NCBI GenBank assembly: GCA_036339875.1 | Contig: JAYZAC010000106.1 | Span: 1-20,936 of the forward strand | Length of the DNA stretch: 20,936 bases | Direction: 5' to 3' | Source: a bacterium | Lineage (GTDB): Bacteria > Muiribacteriota > UBA6191 | Part shown: positions 7,729 to 16,688 of the stretch, piece by piece | Layout: the number at the start of each line of letters is the position of its first letter | How positions within the stretch are numbered: the first letter of the stretch is position 1 | The notes under the pieces: model-generated | Databases searched by the model: none | The model's input: the letters and a program-made list of their open reading frames with translations, nothing else | What the model was told of the DNA's origin: nothing | Position numbers and translations under genes: made by a program

Positions 7729-9387
7729 CTATTTATAGATTATTGAATCGAGTGCTGAACGAACTTCACTCGCCTTATCCTCATCTTTAATCATCTCATA
7801 AAAAAATAAAGCATCCATCAACAATCGTGAATTGTCTGGATAATGATTGATAGCTTTTAGGTAAATTTGTTCAACCTTTTTACGATTTTGCGTAGTGTTC
7901 AAAGTGGCTTGAGCTAACATTCTGAAATAACGAGGATTTTTTTTAATAACGGATTTAGATTGAGATAAAACTGTTAAACACTCCTCATATTTACTCATCA
8001 ATGCTAATGATTCTGAATAATCAAGTATAAGTAATGAATCGTACGGATATTTCTTCAGAAGAATCTTAAATCGATGACTTGCTTCCAGATATAGACCCTG
8101 TGATTTTAGATAATTAGCTTCCACATAAGATTTGAAGTCTGGTGAACCATGTACGGTTTGTGAAGAATCTCCATAGGGTGAGACTAACTTCTTTGTATTT
8201 ATTAAATGAAATAATGGTAAAACGAAGAGAGTCCCCAAAGTTAGAATGCAGGATAATTTAAGAACAGATTTAATTTTTTCAGAAAAGTTAGAATAATTTT
8301 GGGATTCATCAGTATCAATTATTTTTTCAGCTCTATCTTCTATTTCACGAGCGATATTATATTGCCTTAATTTATTTGAGTTTAAGACTGCCTTTTCCAA
8401 TTGAATCGGAGTTAATTTACATTTCTCGAGACACAAATCTAGAACTACTTTAAGCGATAACTTTAAATCGTTTGATGAAGATTCGATTTTTTGACTTAAA
8501 GCTACAGCAGATATCTTAGAACCATTGAATTTCATCCAATCGAGAATTTCATTGATAATACTGTCGTCTGATTCGTCATAAAGCATTTGAGCCAAATATT
8601 GTTCTTTCTCATCGAAATTTAATGTTTTTATACAGTACAAAGCTGATGAACGCATCCAAAGTTTTTTTGATGCTGCCATGTTTGCTAATTCACTTAATGC
8701 TTTGGTAGGGTCCTGCGAATAAACCAGTAAAATTGCATTACCTCTTACTCTATTATCTTTATGCTTCAGAAGTGGCATAACCATATTCACTGCTGTTATT
8801 TCATCAATATTTTGGAGAGCTTCAATGGAATTAGCGACAATCCGTGGATTTTTATTTTGTAAGAGTCTCTGGAGAAAGTTTATATCTTTATTACTACCGA
8901 AATAACCTAGTGCTTTAACATATTGAGCAGCAAGATATAAATCTTGCTCTGAGCTAAGTTGTTCCTTTAGGAGCTCGACTAAAGCGTAATTAATTTCGTT
9001 ATGGCTATTTGCTATTCCCTTGTGGTCAGTAATCAGTAGATTTAACATTTCTAGCTTTAGAAATGAATCGTTTCCTCTCAAAACTCTCTTGTATACTTCC
9101 AATCGTTTTGGACCTATGTTTTCAAGTAATTTACGAATTAAATCTCGAGCATATTCAAACTCAGGTCGTGCCTTAATATTTAGACTATTAAGCCCTTTCT
9201 TTGCTAGATATCTAAGCTTAGGAGATTCATCTTCTTCACTTATTCTACGTATAATTGCATAGATATTTTCACCGGAACCCAATCTGAGTAGGCATGTTAA
9301 AGCTGTTTGACGAATTAACTCATCTTCACTTTGTAATTCGTTTTTGAGTTCTTCTAATAAATCGTCATTCATTTTTTTTGGTCTCAA
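7729..9387 (-). CDS. HEAT-repeat / single TM / TPR-like membrane protein (start may be the ATG at 9372)
   Basis: HEAT motifs (NPRIVANSIEAL, DNRVRGNAI, WMRSSALY), one hydrophobic segment (LSCILTLGTLFVLPLF), then TPR-like helices ending in KKYP and NHYPDN. Confidence 0.8.
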   Translation of the reverse strand: MRPKKMNDDLLEELKNELQSEDELIRQTALTCLLRLGSGENIYAIIRRISEEDESPKLRYLAKKGLNSLNIKARPEFEYARDLIRKLLENIGPKRLEVYKRVLRGNDSFLKLEMLNLLITDHKGIANSHNEINYALVELLKEQLSSEQDLYLAAQYVKALGYFGSNKDINFLQRLLQNKNPRIVANSIEALQNIDEITAVNMVMPLLKHKDNRVRGNAILLVYSQDPTKALSELANMAASKKLWMRSSALYCIKTLNFDEKEQYLAQMLYDESDDSIINEILDWMKFNGSKISAVALSQKIESSSNDLKLSLKVVLDLCLEKCKLTPIQLEKAVLNSNKLRQYNIAREIEDRAEKIIDTDESQNYSNFSEKIKSVLKLSCILTLGTLFVLPLFHLINTKKLVSPYGDSSQTVHGSPDFKSYVEANYLKSQGLYLEASHRFKILLKKYPYDSLLILDYSESLALMSKYEECLTVLSQSKSVIKKNPRYFRMLAQATLNTTQNRKKVEQIYLKAINHYPDNSRLLMDALFFYEMIKDEDKASEVRSALDSIIYK

Positions 9388-9434
9388 TAATGATGAGTTA
9401 CATTTGAATTATCATTATTATAACTTTAGTTTAC

Positions 9435-9463
9435 TTGCCAAACTATCAATGAATCTATAAGTT
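9435..9463 (+). promoter_or_regulatory. Candidate sigma70-type promoter for yhhQ, possibly leaderless
   Basis: TTGCCA (9435-9440), 17 nt spacer, TAAGTT (9458-9463), ending 6 nt before the ATG at 9470. Confidence 0.35.
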
Positions 9464-9469
9464 TGTGGA

Positions 9470-10132
9470 ATGACCTTTCGTGAAAAGCTTTACTTAATGC
9501 TATCGGGTGTCTTCATCGTTTCCCTCTGTCTAGGTAATGTGATTGGGATAACAAAGTTTGTTGTAGTACCTATACCTTATTTTGAAGATCTTATTATTCC
9601 TGCTGGATTATTGGCGTATCCATTCACTTTTTTAGCAACTGATTTAATTTGTGAACTGTATGGTAAAGAAAGAGCTCAACATCTTGTCTGGACTGGTTTT
9701 CTACTAAATATTTTTATATTATTTTTAATGTGGCTTGGTCATATATTACCCGATGCTAGTGGTATTTCTGGAGCCACTTCTACTTTTGAAAGCGTCTATG
9801 CTTTCATGAAACCAAATGTAATCGCCTCTATGGTGGCGTATTTAATTGCACAAAGTATCGATGTGAAATTATTTCATTTTTGGAAAAAATTTACTAACGG
9901 TAAACATCTCTGGCTTAGAAATTTAGGATCTACATTAGGAAGTCAGATTCTAGACACGGTTTGTATATTGTCTATCTTGTATTATTCAAATAATTTAGGA
10001 CCGGACGTAACCAATCTCACTATTCTTGCTGGTTTAATGTTCAAGTCATATGTGTTTAAATTTTTATTTGCCTTAATCGACACGCCATTTTTCTATCTAG
10101 GTGTCTACTTTCTCAAAGAAAAAGCGAAGTAG
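9470..10132 (+). CDS. yhhQ: Queuosine precursor (preQ0/preQ1) transporter, YhhQ/Vut_1 family
   Basis: Multi-TM protein with G.L.YPFTFLATD.I.E.YG, AS..AYL.AQ..DV..F, LWLRN.GST..SQ..DT and K...AL.DTPF motifs. Confidence 0.92.
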   Translation: MTFREKLYLMLSGVFIVSLCLGNVIGITKFVVVPIPYFEDLIIPAGLLAYPFTFLATDLICELYGKERAQHLVWTGFLLNIFILFLMWLGHILPDASGISGATSTFESVYAFMKPNVIASMVAYLIAQSIDVKLFHFWKKFTNGKHLWLRNLGSTLGSQILDTVCILSILYYSNNLGPDVTNLTILAGLMFKSYVFKFLFALIDTPFFYLGVYFLKEKAK

Positions 10133-10144
10133 ATCATCATAACT

Positions 10145-10450
10145 TTAAGTTTTTTTTCTTAATTGATCTATATTACCAGTTGATATGGGAGCTTTGAGTC
10201 TACCCCTTAAAGTGTTTTTGTTTTCAAACTTTACAGGCGGTAGTTCTTCATTTTCAGTTTTATCAGTATATGTCGCCAATGTTGTACCACATGTACAATT
10301 TCGGAGTTCAAGATCATATTCTGCATATTTACCAGTCTTAAATGTACCGATATATGTAGTAGAAGCTTCGTAATCTTTACGTTGCAAGAATGACTTGTTG
10401 CAAGAACTGCAATTTTTATAAGCCTCTCTATTTTCTTCCAAAGCACTCAC
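10145..10450 (-). CDS. Small putative metal-binding protein (CxxC-x34-CxC)
   Basis: GTG start with AAGGA SD; CSSC at residues 14-17 and RNCTCGTTL at residues 50-58. Confidence 0.7.
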   Translation of the reverse strand: MSALEENREAYKNCSSCNKSFLQRKDYEASTTYIGTFKTGKYAEYDLELRNCTCGTTLATYTDKTENEELPPVKFENKNTLRGRLKAPISTGNIDQLRKKT

Positions 10451-10623
10451 ATTACTTCCTTGTTATACGAGCGGTAACTGACTTTAAAAATTATCGACCA
10501 TTAAATTTATTTGTAATTAGATTTCGTAGTTTTAGCTCTTAGACAGCTATATTTAAAGCATTAAGGAAAACAAAAACTAAACCGGTGATTACATTTTGTA
10601 TCTAAATGCAAAGCTGTATAGCC

Positions 10624-10652
10624 TTGATTAAAATTTATAAAAAACTTAGATT
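10624..10652 (+). promoter_or_regulatory. Candidate sigma70-type promoter for the DUF1338-mutase operon, possibly leaderless
   Basis: TTGATT (10624-10629), 17 nt spacer, TAGATT (10647-10652), ending 7 nt before the ATG at 10660, which has no SD. Confidence 0.35.
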
Positions 10653-10659
10653 TGTATAT

Positions 10660-11493
10660 ATGACTGCTGCTAAACAATTAATCAAACGTTTGTGGGAAAA
10701 TTATAAGGCCAAAGTTCCTACTGCAAGAAAAGTTGAGGAGCAACTAAAGCTGAAAAATGAAACTTGGGTTGAAGACCACATAGCACTACGAAGTTTCAAT
10801 TTTGAGCATTTCGGCTCTCATAACCTAGAGAGTTTTTTTAAGAGATTTGGGTGGGAGACAATTAAATCCGACTATAGATTTCCCAAGAAAAAATTGACCG
10901 CACTGCACATGGCCCATCCTGATGTAACTATACCAAAGATATTTATCTCCCAAATCGAAGTTAGTCAATTATCATATAAGGGTGGTTATATAATTCAAAA
11001 ATATTTATCTGGCTTGGAAGATCAATTAGCTCACTCTAAAGATGTTAACGATTCCATTCAATACTTTCTCAAGCCAGTATGGAGAACCCCATCATACGAC
11101 GATTACTCTGTTCTCATCGAAGAAAGTCAGTATGCTGCTTGGACACTTCTATTTGGTAATAATGTGAATCATTTTACAATTTCTGTTCATTTAATGAATC
11201 AAATGAAAACGCTTGAAGAAGTCAATCATTTTGTTGAGTCGTTGAACATATTACTGAACGAGGATAATGGAAAGATTAAAGGTTCTTCTGAAGTTTTTTT
11301 AGAGCAAAGCTCCACAGTTGCTGACCCCGTTCTATTCAATTTTTCTGATAATCAAAACCATCACGTCCCTTATGCTTTCATTGAATTCGCACGAAGATAT
11401 CCAATTAATAATTCAGGCATAGAATGGCAAGACTTCTTTCAAGGATTTGTAGAGGGTAATGCAGATCGCATATTTACATCTACAAATGCCTAA
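10660..11493 (+). CDS. DUF1338 family protein (HglS/YdcJ-like 2-oxoadipate dioxygenase/decarboxylase)
   Basis: DHIALRS, PKIFIS, ESQYAAW, NHFT, LEQSST.AD, EFARRY and FQGF...NADRIF.ST motifs; the His/His/Glu Fe ligands appear to be present. ATG at 10660 preferred over 10606. Confidence 0.85.
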   Translation: MTAAKQLIKRLWENYKAKVPTARKVEEQLKLKNETWVEDHIALRSFNFEHFGSHNLESFFKRFGWETIKSDYRFPKKKLTALHMAHPDVTIPKIFISQIEVSQLSYKGGYIIQKYLSGLEDQLAHSKDVNDSIQYFLKPVWRTPSYDDYSVLIEESQYAAWTLLFGNNVNHFTISVHLMNQMKTLEEVNHFVESLNILLNEDNGKIKGSSEVFLEQSSTVADPVLFNFSDNQNHHVPYAFIEFARRYPINNSGIEWQDFFQGFVEGNADRIFTSTNA

Positions 11494-11507
11494 ATAAGGA
11501 AATAATT

Positions 11508-13655
11508 ATGAAATGGAAAGTTAATCATTCATATGAGGAATGGTCTAAGTTAGCTAAAAAGGAAATTAAGGGGGATAACATAGACTCTTTGATATGGAAT
11601 ACACCAGAACGTATACCGGTTAAACCATATTACACTCGTAAAGATTTAGATGAATTAGCATTCTCAGATACTATGGCTGGTATGTTTCCTTTCATTAGAG
11701 GACCGAGAGCCACAATGTATGCTGGGCGTCCATGGACGATTCGTCAGTATGCCGGATTTTCAACTGCGGAAGATTCTAATCGATTTTATAGAGAGAATTT
11801 AAAGATGGGTCAAAAAGGCTTATCTGTAGCATTTGATTTAGCTACTCATAGGGGATATGACTCCGATCATCCTAGAGTAAAGGGGGATGTTGGCAAAGCG
11901 GGTGTTGCTATAGATAGTGTGGAAGATATGAAAATCCTATTCAATGAAATTCCATTAGATAAGATGAGTGTTTCCATGACAATGAATGGAGCTGTGCTGC
12001 CGATTTTAGCTAGCTTTGTAGTTGCTGCGGAAGAACAAGGAGTCAATGAAAGCAAGTTACGTGGAACCATTCAAAACGATATCTTAAAAGAGTTTATGGT
12101 ACGTAATACATACATATATCCACCTGAAGTATCTATGAAAATTATTGCAGATATAATTGCTTACTGCAGTAAAAATATGCCCAACTACAACACAATATCA
12201 ATCTCTGGATATCATATGCATGAGGCTGGTGCCGATGCCGTACACGAACTGGCTTTTACTATTGCAGACGGTCTTGAATATGTTAAAACAGCAATGAAAA
12301 CAGGTTTATCAATCGATGACTTTGCACCAAGATTAAGTTTTTTCTTTGGAATTGGAATGAATTTCTATATGGAAATAGCAAAACTAAGAGCCGCTAGATT
12401 GATTTGGGCTGAAGAGTTATCAAAATTTGAGCCCAATCTTGAAAAAAGCTTAATGCTGCGAACTCATTGTCAAACCTCTGGTTGGTCACTTACCGAACAA
12501 GACCCACACAATAATCTTATAAGAACTACTGTAGAGGCAATGGCAGCGGTGCTTGGAGGTACTCAAAGCTTGCATACAAATGCAATGGATGAAGCAATAG
12601 CCTTACCATCTCGTTCGTCAGCTAGATGGGCTCGAAACACCCAATTGATACTTCAGGAAGAAGCGCATCTTACTCGTATAATCGATCCGTTCGGTGGCTC
12701 ATATTTTATGGAATCATTAACACATTCGGTGGCCCATCACGTTCGACAAATTCTTACCGAGATTTCAAAACAAGGGGGGATGGTAAACAGTATTGAATCT
12801 GGATGGGCTAAACAATGTATAGAAGAGTGTGCAGCTAGAAAGCAAGCTAGAATAGAGCGCGGTGATGATGTAATTGTGGGAGTCAATAAATACCAGTTAG
12901 AGGAAGATGATTCCAGTGAATTAGACTTATTGGAAGTAGATAACACAGAGGTGCGTACTAAACAGATTGATAGATTAAATCAAATAAAAGCTAATCGCAA
13001 TACAGATAAAGTAAGTAATATTCTAAAGAAAATAACTGATTCAACTAGAGCAAAGACAGGAAATTTATTAGATCTAAGTATTGAAGCCATGCGTTTACGA
13101 GCGACGGTGGGAGAGGTAAGTGATGCTATAGCTTCTGTAACCGGCAGACATCAAGCAACATCTCACCTGATCTCTGGGGTTTTTGGACAGAGTTTCGAGG
13201 GAGATATGGACTTTGGTAGTTTACAGAACAAAATTGTTAAGTTTGAAAAGGATCATGGCAGACGACCAAGAATACTTGTCGCAAAAATGGGGCAGGATGG
13301 ACACGACAGGGGAGCAAGAGTTATTGCAACAGCCTTTGCTGACATTGGATTTGATGTAGATGTTGGTCCATTATTTTTAACACCCTTTGAGGTCGCTAAC
13401 ATGGCTATTGATAACGACGTTCATGCAATCGGTATATCTACTTTAGCTGGTGGTCATAAGACATTAGTCCCTGAATTAATTGCAGAACTAAAGAAACGGA
13501 ATTCATCTGACATTCTTGTATTTTGTGGAGGAGTTATTCCTAAATCAGATTACAAAGCCCTTGAGGATGAAGGCGTGATAGCAGTATTTGGTCCTGGTAG
13601 TCCTATATTGCAATGTGCTGAAGAAGTTCTTGAAAAGATCAATGAAGCCCTTTAA
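11508..13655 (+). CDS. scpA: Methylmalonyl-CoA mutase (adenosylcobalamin-dependent, full-length)
   Basis: [54 protein letters not shown] and the B12-binding GQDGHDRG motif. AAGGA SD. Confidence 0.97.
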   Translation: MKWKVNHSYEEWSKLAKKEIKGDNIDSLIWNTPERIPVKPYYTRKDLDELAFSDTMAGMFPFIRGPRATMYAGRPWTIRQYAGFSTAEDSNRFYRENLKMGQKGLSVAFDLATHRGYDSDHPRVKGDVGKAGVAIDSVEDMKILFNEIPLDKMSVSMTMNGAVLPILASFVVAAEEQGVNESKLRGTIQNDILKEFMVRNTYIYPPEVSMKIIADIIAYCSKNMPNYNTISISGYHMHEAGADAVHELAFTIADGLEYVKTAMKTGLSIDDFAPRLSFFFGIGMNFYMEIAKLRAARLIWAEELSKFEPNLEKSLMLRTHCQTSGWSLTEQDPHNNLIRTTVEAMAAVLGGTQSLHTNAMDEAIALPSRSSARWARNTQLILQEEAHLTRIIDPFGGSYFMESLTHSVAHHVRQILTEISKQGGMVNSIESGWAKQCIEECAARKQARIERGDDVIVGVNKYQLEEDDSSELDLLEVDNTEVRTKQIDRLNQIKANRNTDKVSNILKKITDSTRAKTGNLLDLSIEAMRLRATVGEVSDAIASVTGRHQATSHLISGVFGQSFEGDMDFGSLQNKIVKFEKDHGRRPRILVAKMGQDGHDRGARVIATAFADIGFDVDVGPLFLTPFEVANMAIDNDVHAIGISTLAGGHKTLVPELIAELKKRNSSDILVFCGGVIPKSDYKALEDEGVIAVFGPGSPILQCAEEVLEKINEAL

Positions 13656-13666
13656 TTTACAATAAC

Positions 13667-16600
13667 TTAATTAGGCAACGACCACATATTTCTTGGGAAC
13701 TTTGTCAGAGATCCAACTGGATGGTTTGGGTTATTTTTCAGTACCTTTTCTTTCATTCTTATACATTGTCTCGGAGGAAAAAACTGGCACACGGCTGATA
13801 TTAATTGAGTACTAAATATATGATTATCGGTGTCCATATACGCATCAAATAAAGTTGTAACGCGTGATAGATTTTTATCGTATGCTTCTAAGTTGAAAGT
13901 AAAACGTAAAAGTGAAAGTGTAACGGGTTCAATAGGTTTAGACTCGAGCCATTCTGCGACCTTTTGTTTCCAGAGACCCCGAAGTTGAATGTCTGAAGCT
14001 AAAAATAAAATCAAACTATCTTTATAGTTAGTCCAAACCTTTAGAAACTCTCCCCATTTTTTTTCTTCCGCTTTTATAAATAAAATTTTCTCTAATTCAG
14101 AATACTCATAAAATGGAAAAGTAGGAACTCTATCGATTATATCGATTTTCTCTTTAAGTGTATGAGTTTTATTGTAGTGGTGGGCAATCATGGCTGAATT
14201 AATAAACCTACTTAAATGAGGATTATGTTGTTTGAATGAATTTTTAATATTGGCATAATATGGTTTGTTTAATAGCGAATTAAATAATAATGCAGGGCTT
14301 TGATACTCAAAATCACTAAGTTTTGAAATAATCCTAACTCTATGCTTCATAAATGTTGCCTTAGGAGCTCTGTGTTCTAAGAAAAGATTATCAGAATTAT
14401 TTACGAATGAACCCAGACTAGCCAGTGCATCCAACGATTGAGGGGTATGAGTTTGTAATGTAAAGAATTGCCGAGGCGTAGACCATGATCTTTCTGAAAA
14501 ATGCCGTAATAATTTTTGATTTTCAAAGATTAGTTTAATATTATCAGACTTAAGTTCTATAAATTTCATTGAGCATAAAATTATAAAATCGCCCGACTGG
14601 CTTCGAAATCCATAGAGATAAGGAAAGACCGTGCGTAATGTACGTATGGATGAGGTAAACAAGGTGTCGTTTGACCCATATAACTGTAACCATTGAACAA
14701 AAAATCCATCTGTGTTCAATCTATTTTTAATTAATTCATAGAAATCTTCAGTGAAGAGTTTTGCAACACCTGCTTGCCAAGGATTACTTGGTTCTGAAAC
14801 TATTACGTCATATTTTTTGTTATCAAATGATAAAACACTTCGAGCATCGTCTAAGGTAAGTTTGACTCGTTCATCATCCAAAAAATTGAAGTTAACATGT
14901 GAAAAATATTTCTGAGCTTCAACCATTGCTTTTGTAAGCTCAATAACATGCAAACTATCGACCTGATGTCGAAGAATTGCACTAGCTGTTACACCAGAAC
15001 CTAATCCAATTACTCCTACATCTTTAATTTGAGGATTTATTACTAAAGGTATATGACCAAGAAGTAATTGTGTATTCATATCGTCTTTGTCTGATGCGTC
15101 TGGTTTACCGTTATTTAAAATAGCTCTTGTTTTATTTCTATTCTCTATCACCATGATGCTTGTTGATGGGTCATCATTTGAAAAAAGAACCTTAGTTTCC
15201 TCGGCTTTATTAATAAGTTTGGACCAACTAACTACTGAGGACCTTCGAGTCGGTACGATAGCAAAGTACTCTAACTTCCAGTTGTCTAAAATTAATTGGG
15301 AAGCAATCAACAAGAACCCTAGAATAATCACTAAATGAAATCTAATAGATCTACGGTGTTCGTATTTGTTGGCAATCATTAATGATGTAAACCCAAGAAT
15401 TACACAACCTAATGAAATAAGAATTAATAGATACTGAATTCCTAAAAGAGGCATTAAAAGTAGTGCTGCTATAAGTGCGCCAGTGACATTACCTATTGTA
15501 TCTGATGCGTAAACAAGCCCACATTCTTCAGCAATATTATTATCATTACGTACAACAGCTTTAATTACTAGGGGAAGAGACATACCACCAAACAAGGTGG
15601 GTAAAAGCATGAGACTGAACGAAATTAAAAACTTTAAGGATTCATACACGGTGTAGGTAAGTTGACTCGGTACCATACTGTTATGAAGAAAATTGAAGAA
15701 AATTGGAAGATATGGATATATTGATAATGAAAACATTAAACAGAAACCCATTAAAATCTGAGTTAGGCCGAAATAAAAAATTGGGTATTCAATCTTTGCA
15801 TCTAATTTGTTAAGTATTAGGCTACCTAATGCGATTCCAAGAATTAATGCTGAGAGCATTGTGGCAAATGAATAAGTACTCGAGCCAAAAACTAGTGCGA
15901 AGAAACGGGTCCAAGCAATCTCTAAAGAAAACCCAAGAATACCTTCAAGAAAAATTAATGTTAATAATAAGAGTTTCAGTAAATTCACTGGGGAATGTTT
16001 ATTAGTTTCTAACGAACTTTTAAAAGACTTTAATTTTGGACTGATAACTAAACAAATTATTCCAATTACACTTGAAGCTATTCCGCATAACATTAAATTA
16101 GCTTGCATGCCAAACAAAGGAAGCAATAGAAAGGCCATGGTGATTGAACCAAATACAGCGCCGCCTGAGTTAATTGAATAGGATAAGGCTACTGAAGACC
16201 CAATACTTGGTTTGAATTTCTTGGTAATTAAAACCATAGCAGGAAAGGTTGCTCCCATAAGCATAGCTGGAAGTAATAACAAAGAGGCGCAGCATAGAAA
16301 TTTTACAAATAAGCCATAAATTGTTCCCATGAAGAGCTGATACTGATAAATAACACCGCACCAATCAAATAAGACTCGGAGTAAGGGACTGAATACAAGA
16401 ATGGAATAAATACCGATTAATATTTCTAGATAAGCATAAATTTTCAATGGATTATACTTTGAGTACATCCATTTACTTATTAACCAACTTCCTAATGCCA
16501 TTCCTCCCATAAAAGAAGAAAGTACAACTGCATATGAATATGAGCTGACGCCTAAAAAGTCTTGAATAAATTTACTCCAAAGAACCTGATAGGCTAAGGC

Positions 16601-16669
16601 TAAAAACCCAGAGGCAAAGAAGCAAAATCCAACTAGAAAGTAGATTATGGATTGGTAAGAAAATCTTAT
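13667..16669 (-). CDS. Fused MFS-like membrane domain / spermidine-synthase-like SAM-fold protein (start uncertain, upstream of 16510)
   Basis: Two repeats of the membrane module (YQVLWSK...G.SSY, EIAWTR...GSSTY, GATFP), then NGKPDAS, IGLGSGVT, DDAR and DVIVSEPSNPW. The conserved first helices lie at 16511-16650, upstream of the first ATG; the start shown (ATA at 16669) is a guess. Confidence 0.85.
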   Translation of the reverse strand: MRFSYQSIIYFLVGFCFFASGFLALAYQVLWSKFIQDFLGVSSYSYAVVLSSFMGGMALGSWLISKWMYSKYNPLKIYAYLEILIGIYSILVFSPLLRVLFDWCGVIYQYQLFMGTIYGLFVKFLCCASLLLLPAMLMGATFPAMVLITKKFKPSIGSSVALSYSINSGGAVFGSITMAFLLLPLFGMQANLMLCGIASSVIGIICLVISPKLKSFKSSLETNKHSPVNLLKLLLLTLIFLEGILGFSLEIAWTRFFALVFGSSTYSFATMLSALILGIALGSLILNKLDAKIEYPIFYFGLTQILMGFCLMFSLSIYPYLPIFFNFLHNSMVPSQLTYTVYESLKFLISFSLMLLPTLFGGMSLPLVIKAVVRNDNNIAEECGLVYASDTIGNVTGALIAALLLMPLLGIQYLLILISLGCVILGFTSLMIANKYEHRRSIRFHLVIILGFLLIASQLILDNWKLEYFAIVPTRRSSVVSWSKLINKAEETKVLFSNDDPSTSIMVIENRNKTRAILNNGKPDASDKDDMNTQLLLGHIPLVINPQIKDVGVIGLGSGVTASAILRHQVDSLHVIELTKAMVEAQKYFSHVNFNFLDDERVKLTLDDARSVLSFDNKKYDVIVSEPSNPWQAGVAKLFTEDFYELIKNRLNTDGFFVQWLQLYGSNDTLFTSSIRTLRTVFPYLYGFRSQSGDFIILCSMKFIELKSDNIKLIFENQKLLRHFSERSWSTPRQFFTLQTHTPQSLDALASLGSFVNNSDNLFLEHRAPKATFMKHRVRIISKLSDFEYQSPALLFNSLLNKPYYANIKNSFKQHNPHLSRFINSAMIAHHYNKTHTLKEKIDIIDRVPTFPFYEYSELEKILFIKAEEKKWGEFLKVWTNYKDSLILFLASDIQLRGLWKQKVAEWLESKPIEPVTLSLLRFTFNLEAYDKNLSRVTTLFDAYMDTDNHIFSTQLISAVCQFFPPRQCIRMKEKVLKNNPNHPVGSLTKFPRNMWSLPN

Positions 16670-16688
16670 ATCAAATGATCTGCTGATA

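Noticed and set aside
10606..10659. Longer N-terminus (MQSCIALIK...) for the DUF1338 gene
   Set aside because: Family similarity begins after Met19, and this stretch contains promoter-like hexamers, so ATG 10660 is more likely.
10451..10659. Possible cobalamin or lysine riboswitch, or sRNA, upstream of the DUF1338-mutase operon
   Set aside because: Very AT-rich with only short weak hairpins (e.g. TAGCT-N7-AGCTA); no B12-box or lysine riboswitch core visible. An Infernal/Rfam scan would settle it.
379..16364. Other short ORFs in the track (379-573, 1689-1871, 2167-2376, 3617-3850, 6133-6315, 9020-9262, 10185-10373, 10231-10446, 11867-12070, 12737-12946, 15087-15338, 16170-16364)
   Set aside because: All lie within longer, better-supported genes and show no recognisable motifs.
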